From the NCBI GenBank assembly GCA_964016885.1, contig OZ024752.1, forward strand, positions 36,270,001-36,334,000: a stretch of DNA of 64,000 nucleotides, read 5' to 3'. The translations under genes and the position numbers were made by a program. Source of the stretch: Eledone cirrhosa. Lineage: Eukaryota. Below are positions 58,022 through 64,000 of the stretch, in pieces. Under the pieces are notes generated by a model that saw nothing but the letters and a program-made list of their open reading frames with translations, did no database searches and was not told the origin of the DNA. Position 1 is the first letter of the stretch. The number at the start of each line of letters is the position of its first letter.

Positions 58022-58569
58022 GATCGAGTATCGAAAAATCGGCGCACGAGTTCACGATAAACAAAATTCGAAATGAGCGGCAGAGGGCTCAATAATTCAG
58101 ATGAATCAGAGCTATAACTATCGTTAAAATACCGTCACATATAGAACAAGTCTACAATCAACCATACGATAAAAAATCGATAATAGAAGATTCGGGACAA
58201 ACAGATAAAAAATATCAATAAAACAATACATCAATAATTTAAATATATATATATATATAAATATAAGTATGTACACGTACATACATATATGTATACAGAC
58301 GTACAGTAGTATGTATTAAAAGAGTAAAAGTGTATATATATATATATATATATATATAAATATAAGTATGTACACGTACATACATATATGTATACAGACG
58401 TACAGTAGTATGTATATATATATACATACATGCATACATATATATATCTACGTATGGATTCACCGAACATTTATTATAATACTCGGTGTGTTTGTAAACA
58501 AACATCCCGTATTAAGCCGTACAGTGTCCAGCAACCATCGTTGCTCGTTTGTTCAACACTGACAAAGGA

Positions 58570-58612
58570 ACGCTGTACTAGTTTCAAGCTTATTAGCTAT
58601 CGTCAGCAACGT
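58570..58612 (-). ncRNA. Minimal type I hammerhead ribozyme, inverted twin of 58659-58701
   Basis: Minus strand reads ACGTTG-CTGACGA-TAGCT[AATA]AGCTT-GAAA-CTAG-TA-CAGCGT. The differences are a loop change and a G-U wobble. Confidence 0.78.
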
Positions 58613-58658
58613 ATACCTTCCTGCCAGACTGTTGAACGTATATACTTACCTTATGCAT

Positions 58659-58701
58659 ACGTTGCTGACGATAGCTAACAAGCTTGAAACTAGTACAACG
58701 T
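58659..58701 (+). ncRNA. Minimal type I hammerhead ribozyme (Penelope-like)
   Basis: ACGTTG-CTGACGA-TAGCT[AACA]AGCTT-GAAA-CTAG-TA-CAACGT. Perfect 6-bp stem I, intact core, palindromic CTAG in place of stem III, GUA cleavage triplet. Confidence 0.8.
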
Positions 58702-59197
58702 TCCTTTGTCAGTGTTGAACAAACGAGCAACAATGGTTGCTAGACACTGTACGGCTTAATACGGGATGTTTGTTTACAAACACACCGACAATTATAATAA
58801 ATGTTCGGTGAATCCATACGTACATATATATATATATGTGTGCATGTATGTATATATATATATACATACTACTGAACGTCTGTATACATATACGTATGTA
58901 CGTGTACATACTTATATTTAAGTAACAGCCGTACTAAGAGTGGGAAATAAAAAAATTTTGTTTCATTTTTTCCGTTTATATATATATATATATAACCCCT
59001 TAAAATATATATATATATATATATATGCAAAAGTTTTATTTAAAATTGTTGGGTTACAACAAGTAAATATTTTATAACTGATATAAAGCACTCGACAAGT
59101 TTTAGAGTAGATATACGATATTAAACCAGCTTCTTACATAACGGTTGCTCAATATTTATGGTACGTCAAAATTATTTATAAAACTGTTTATATATTG

Positions 59198-59263
59198 TAT
59201 TTTATCTGAAGAAGGCATGCCATATTTTTAATATGGTATCCCCGAAATATGTATAATGAAATA
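59198..59263 (+). ncRNA. Hammerhead ribozyme motif, second family
   Basis: TATTTTAT-CTGAAGA-AGGcATGCCATATT[TTT]AATATGGTATcCCC-GAAA-TATGTA-TA-ATGAAATA. Confidence 0.68.
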
Positions 59264-59303
59264 AATATGGTTTTATAAATATAGTTTCCATTTGTTTAAT
59301 ATC

Positions 59304-59392
<89 letters not shown>

Positions 59393-59835
59393 AGTGCTGT
59401 ACTGAAAACAAAAATCCTCCCAAAAACCAAATGTATAATTGATGATGGTAATTGAGATATATAATAGCTACAATTACATTCACATTAAATGACTTTATAT
59501 ATACCATCACCCTCCTCCTCCACCACTCTCTTAATCACTCAACTGCCACTCACACCACCACCTTCTCCTAGCAGTCTATCTCTCTACTATCACTCTGTCT
59601 TCCTCACACAATGGCACCTGGGTTACAAGCAATGACATTGCATTGGAGCTCTCTGCATTCCCCCCCACCTTTTTTATTTATTGCTATCTTTCTCTCTCTC
59701 TCACACACCCACTCTCTCTGTCACACACACACACACACTCTCTCTCTCTCTCTCTCTCTCTTTCCCTCACATGCTCTCTCGTTTTCTCAACATGTTCCTC
59801 ATGCTGTTTCTATTGAATCTCTTCATCAACAACCC

Positions 59836-62800
59836 TTTAGTCTTAGTGGGGGACATGACAACCCCTCTAGTGTTGGTGCCATTGTAAAAATACGCCCAGT
59901 ACACTCTGTAAAGTGGTTAGCAAACAAACAAGGCCAATACAGGGTACAGAGAACTATTTAGTATTATTGGAGACATGACAACATCTCTAGTGTTGGTGCC
60001 ATTGTAAAAATACACCCAGTACACTCTGTAAAGTGGTTAGCAAACAAACAAGTGCAATACAGGGTACAGAGAACTATTTAGTATTATTGGAGACATGACA
60101 ACATCTCTAGTGTTGGTGCCATTGTAAAAATACACCCAGTACACTCTGTAAAGTGGTTAGCAAACAAACAAGGCCAATACAGGGTACAGAGAACTATTTA
60201 GTATTATTGGAGACATGACAACATCTCTAGTGTTGGTGCCATTGTAAAAATACACCCAGTACACTCTGTAAAGTGGTTAGCAAACAAACAAGTGCAATAC
60301 AGGGTACAGAGAACTATTTAGTATTATTGGAGACATGACAACATCTCTAGTGTTGGTGCCATTGTAAAAATACACCCAGTACACTCTGTAAAGTGGTTAG
60401 CAAACAAACAAGGCCAATACAGGGAACAGAGAACTATTTAGTATTATTGGAGACATGACAACATCTCTAGTGTTGGTGCCATTGTAAAAATACACCCAGT
60501 ACACTCTGTAAAGTGGTTAGCAAACAAACAATGCCAATACAGGGTACAGAGAACTATTTAATATTATTGGAGACATGACAACATCTCTAGTGTTGGTGCC
60601 ATTGTAAAAATACACCCAGTACACTCTGTAAAGTGGTTAGCAAACAAACAAGTGCAATACAGGGTACAGAGAACTATTTAGTATTATTGGAGACATGACA
60701 ACATCTCTAGTGTTGGTGCCATTGTAAAAATACACCCAGTACACTCTGTAAAGTGGTTAGCAAACAAACAAGTACAATACAGGGTACAGAGAACTATTTA
60801 GTATTATTGGAGACATGACAACATCTCTAGTGTTGGTGCCATTGTAAAAATACACCCAGTACACTCTGTAAAGTGGTTAGCAAACAAAAAAGGGCAATAC
60901 AGGGTACAGAGAACTATTTAATATTATTGGAGACATGACAACATCTCTAGTGTTGGTGCCATTGTAAAAATACACCCAGTACACTCTGTAAAGTGGTTAG
61001 CAAACAAACAAGTGCAATACAGGGTACAGAGAACTATTTAGTATTATTGGAGACATGTCAACATCTCTAGTGTTGGTGCCATGGTAAAATACACCCTGTA
61101 GACTCTGTAAAGTGGTTAGCAAACAAACAAGGGAAATACATGGTACAGAGAACTATTTAGTATTATTGGAGACATGACAACATCTCTAGTGTTGGTGCCA
61201 TTGTAAAAATACACCCAGTACAGTCTGTAAAGTGGTTAGCAAACAAACAAGTGCAATACAGGGTACAGAGAACTATTTAGTATTATTGGAGACATGACAA
61301 CATCTCTAGTGTTGGTGCCATTGTAAAAATACACCCAGTTCACTCTGTAAAGTGGTTAGCAAACAAACAAGTGCAATACAGGGTACAGAGAACTATTTAG
61401 TATTATTGGAGACATGACAACATCTCTAGTGTTGGTGCCATTGTAAAAATACACCCAGTACACTCTGTAAAGTGGTTAGCAAACAAACAAGTGTAATACA
61501 GGGTTCAGAGAACTATTTAGTATTATTGGAGACATTTCAACATCTCTAGTGTTGGTGCCATGGTAAAATACACCTTGTACACTCTGTAAAGTGGTTAGCA
61601 AACAAAAAAGTGTAATACAGGGAACAGAGAACTATTTAGTATTATTGGAGACATGACAACATCTCTAGAGTTGGTGCCATTGTAAAAATACACCCAGTAC
61701 ACTCTGTAAAATGGTTAGCAAACAAACAAGTACAATACAGGGTACAGAGAACTATTTAGTATTATTGGAGACATGACAACATCTCTAGTATTGGTGCCAT
61801 TGTAAAAATACACCCAGTACACTCTGTAAAGTGGTTAGCAAACAAACAAGGCCAATACAGGGTACAGAGAACTATTTAGTATTATTGGAGACATGACAAC
61901 CCCTCTAGTGTTGGTGCCATTGTAAAAATACACCCAGTACACTCTGTAAAGTGGTTAGCAAACAAACAAGTGTAATACAGGGTAGAGAGAACTATTTAGT
62001 ATTATTGGAGACATGACATCTCTAGTGTTGGTGCCATTGTAAAATACACCCAGTACACTCTGTAAAGTGGTTAGCAAACAAACAAGTACAATACAGGGTA
62101 CAGAGAACTATTTAGTATTATTGGAGACATGACAACATCTCTAGTATTGGTGCCATGGTAAAAATACACCCAGTACACTCTGTAAAGTGGTTAGCAAACA
62201 AACAAGTACAATACAGGGTACAGAGAACTATTTAGTATTATTGGAGACATGACAACATCTCTAGTGTTGGTGCCATCGTAAAAATACACCCAGTACACTC
62301 TGTAAAGTGGTTAGTAAACAAAAAAGGGCAATACAGGGTACAGAGAACTATTTAATATTATTGGAGACATGACAACATCTCTAGTGTTGGTGCCATTGTA
62401 AAAATACACCCAGTACACTCTGTAAAGTGGTTAGCAAACAAACAAGTGCAATACAGGGTACAGAGAACTATTTAGTATTATTGGAGACATGACAACATCT
62501 CTAGTGTTGGTGCCATTGTAAAAATACACCCAGTACACTCTGTAAAGTGGTTAGCAAACAAACAAGTACAATACAGGGTACAGAGAACTATTTAGTATTA
62601 TTGGAGACATGACAACATCTCTAGTGTTGGTGCCATTGTAAAAATACACCCAGTACACTCTGTAAAGTGGTTAGCAAACAAAAAAGGGCAATACAGGGTA
62701 CAGAGAACTATTTAATATTATTGGAGACATGACAACATCTCTAGTGTTGGTGCCATTGTAAAAATACACCCAGTACACTCTGTAAAGTGGTTAGCAAACA

Positions 62801-64000
62801 AACAAGTGTAATACAGGGAACAGAGAACTATTTAGTATTATTGGAGACATGACAACATCTCTAGTGTTGGTGCCATTGTAAAAATACACCCAGTACACTC
62901 TGTAAAGTGGTTAGCAAACAAACAAGTGCAATACAGGGTACAGAGAACTATTTAGTATTATTGGAGACATGACAACATCTCTAGTGTTGGTGCCATTGTA
63001 AAAATACACCCAGTACACTCTGTAAAGTGGTTAGCAAACAAACAAGTACAATACAGGGTACAGAGAACTAGTTAGTATTATTGGAGACATGACAACATCT
63101 CTAGTGTTGGTGCCATTGTAAAAATACACCCAGTACACTCTGTAAAGTGGTTAGCAAACAAAAAAGGGCAATACAGGGTACAGAGAACTATTTAATATTA
63201 TTGGAGACATGACAACATCTCTAGTGTTGGTGCCATTGTAAAAATACACCCAGTACACTCTGTAAAGTGGTTAGCAAACAAACAAGTGCAATACAGGGTA
63301 CAGAGAACTATTTAGTATTATTGGAGACATGTCAACATCTCTAGTGTTGGTGCCATGGTAAAATACACCCTGTACACTCTGTAAAGTGGTTAGCAAACAA
63401 AAAAGTGCAATACAGGGAACAGAGAACTATTTAGTATTATTGGAGACATGACAACATCTCTAGTGTTGGTGCCATTGTAAAAATACACCCAGTACACTCT
63501 GTAAAGTGGTTAGCAAACAAACAAGTGTAATACAGGGAACAGAGAACTATTTAGTATTATTGGAGACATGACAACATCTCTAGTGTTGGTGCCATTGTAA
63601 AAATACACCCAGTACACTCTGTAAAGTGGTTAGCAAACAAACAAGTGTAATACAGGGAACAGAGAACTATTTAGTATTATTGGAGACATGACAACATCTC
63701 TAGTGTTGGTGCCATTGTAAAAATACACCCAGTACACTCTGTAAAGTGGTTAGCAAACAAACAAGTGTAATACAGGGTTCAGAGAACTATTTAGTATTAT
63801 TGGAGACATTTCAACATCTCTAGTGTTGGTGCCATGGTAAAATACACCCTGTACACTCTGTAAAGTGGTTAGCAAACAAACAAGGGCAATACATGGTACA
63901 GAGAACTATTTAGTATTATTGGAGACATGACAACATCTCTAGTGTTGGTGCAATTGTAAAAATACACCCAGTACACTCTGTAAAGTGGTTAGCAAACAAA
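59836..64000. repeat. 120-bp satellite array, about 35 copies, running off the right edge
   Basis: Unit GGAGACATGACAACATCTCTAGTGTTGGTGCCATTGTAAAAATACACCCAGTACACTCTGTAAAGTGGTTAGCAAACAAACAAG...; highly homogeneous. Confidence 0.97.

Larger units (their letters stand above)
58357..58921. repeat. Long inverted repeat (arms about 260 bp, spacer about 58615-58656) with one hammerhead in each arm
   Basis: 58357-58614 is the near-exact reverse complement of 58657-58921. Confidence 0.92.

Noticed and set aside
59836-64000. Regular array that might be taken for CRISPR
   Set aside because: Whole units repeat with no unique spacers, no cas genes, eukaryotic context. The same applies to the 28-, 29-, 83- and 92-bp arrays.

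Overview
AT-rich, repeat-dense animal DNA. The SINE, RTE and microsatellite content suggests a coleoid cephalopod such as octopus, but that is inferred. The only protein gene I can support is the 5' half of a p90 ribosomal S6 kinase (RSK/RPS6KA family) on the minus strand: 11 coding exons from ATG 31922 down to 572, about 357 codons, all with GT-AG junctions and consistent phases, continuing off the left edge. The rest is tRNA-derived SINEs, RTE and CR1-type LINE remnants, piggyBac- and mariner-type MITEs, minisatellites and a 120-bp satellite (59836-64000) that appears to derive from a SINE segment. The most striking signal is a set of hammerhead-ribozyme motifs: six with a complete core and pairable stems, plus several degenerate ones. 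Most sit in long inverted repeats flanked by (TA)n at 49-59.3 kb, and one lies antisense in RSK intron 2. They resemble the minimal hammerheads of Penelope-like retroelements. Almost all ORFs in the supplied track are microsatellite artefacts.
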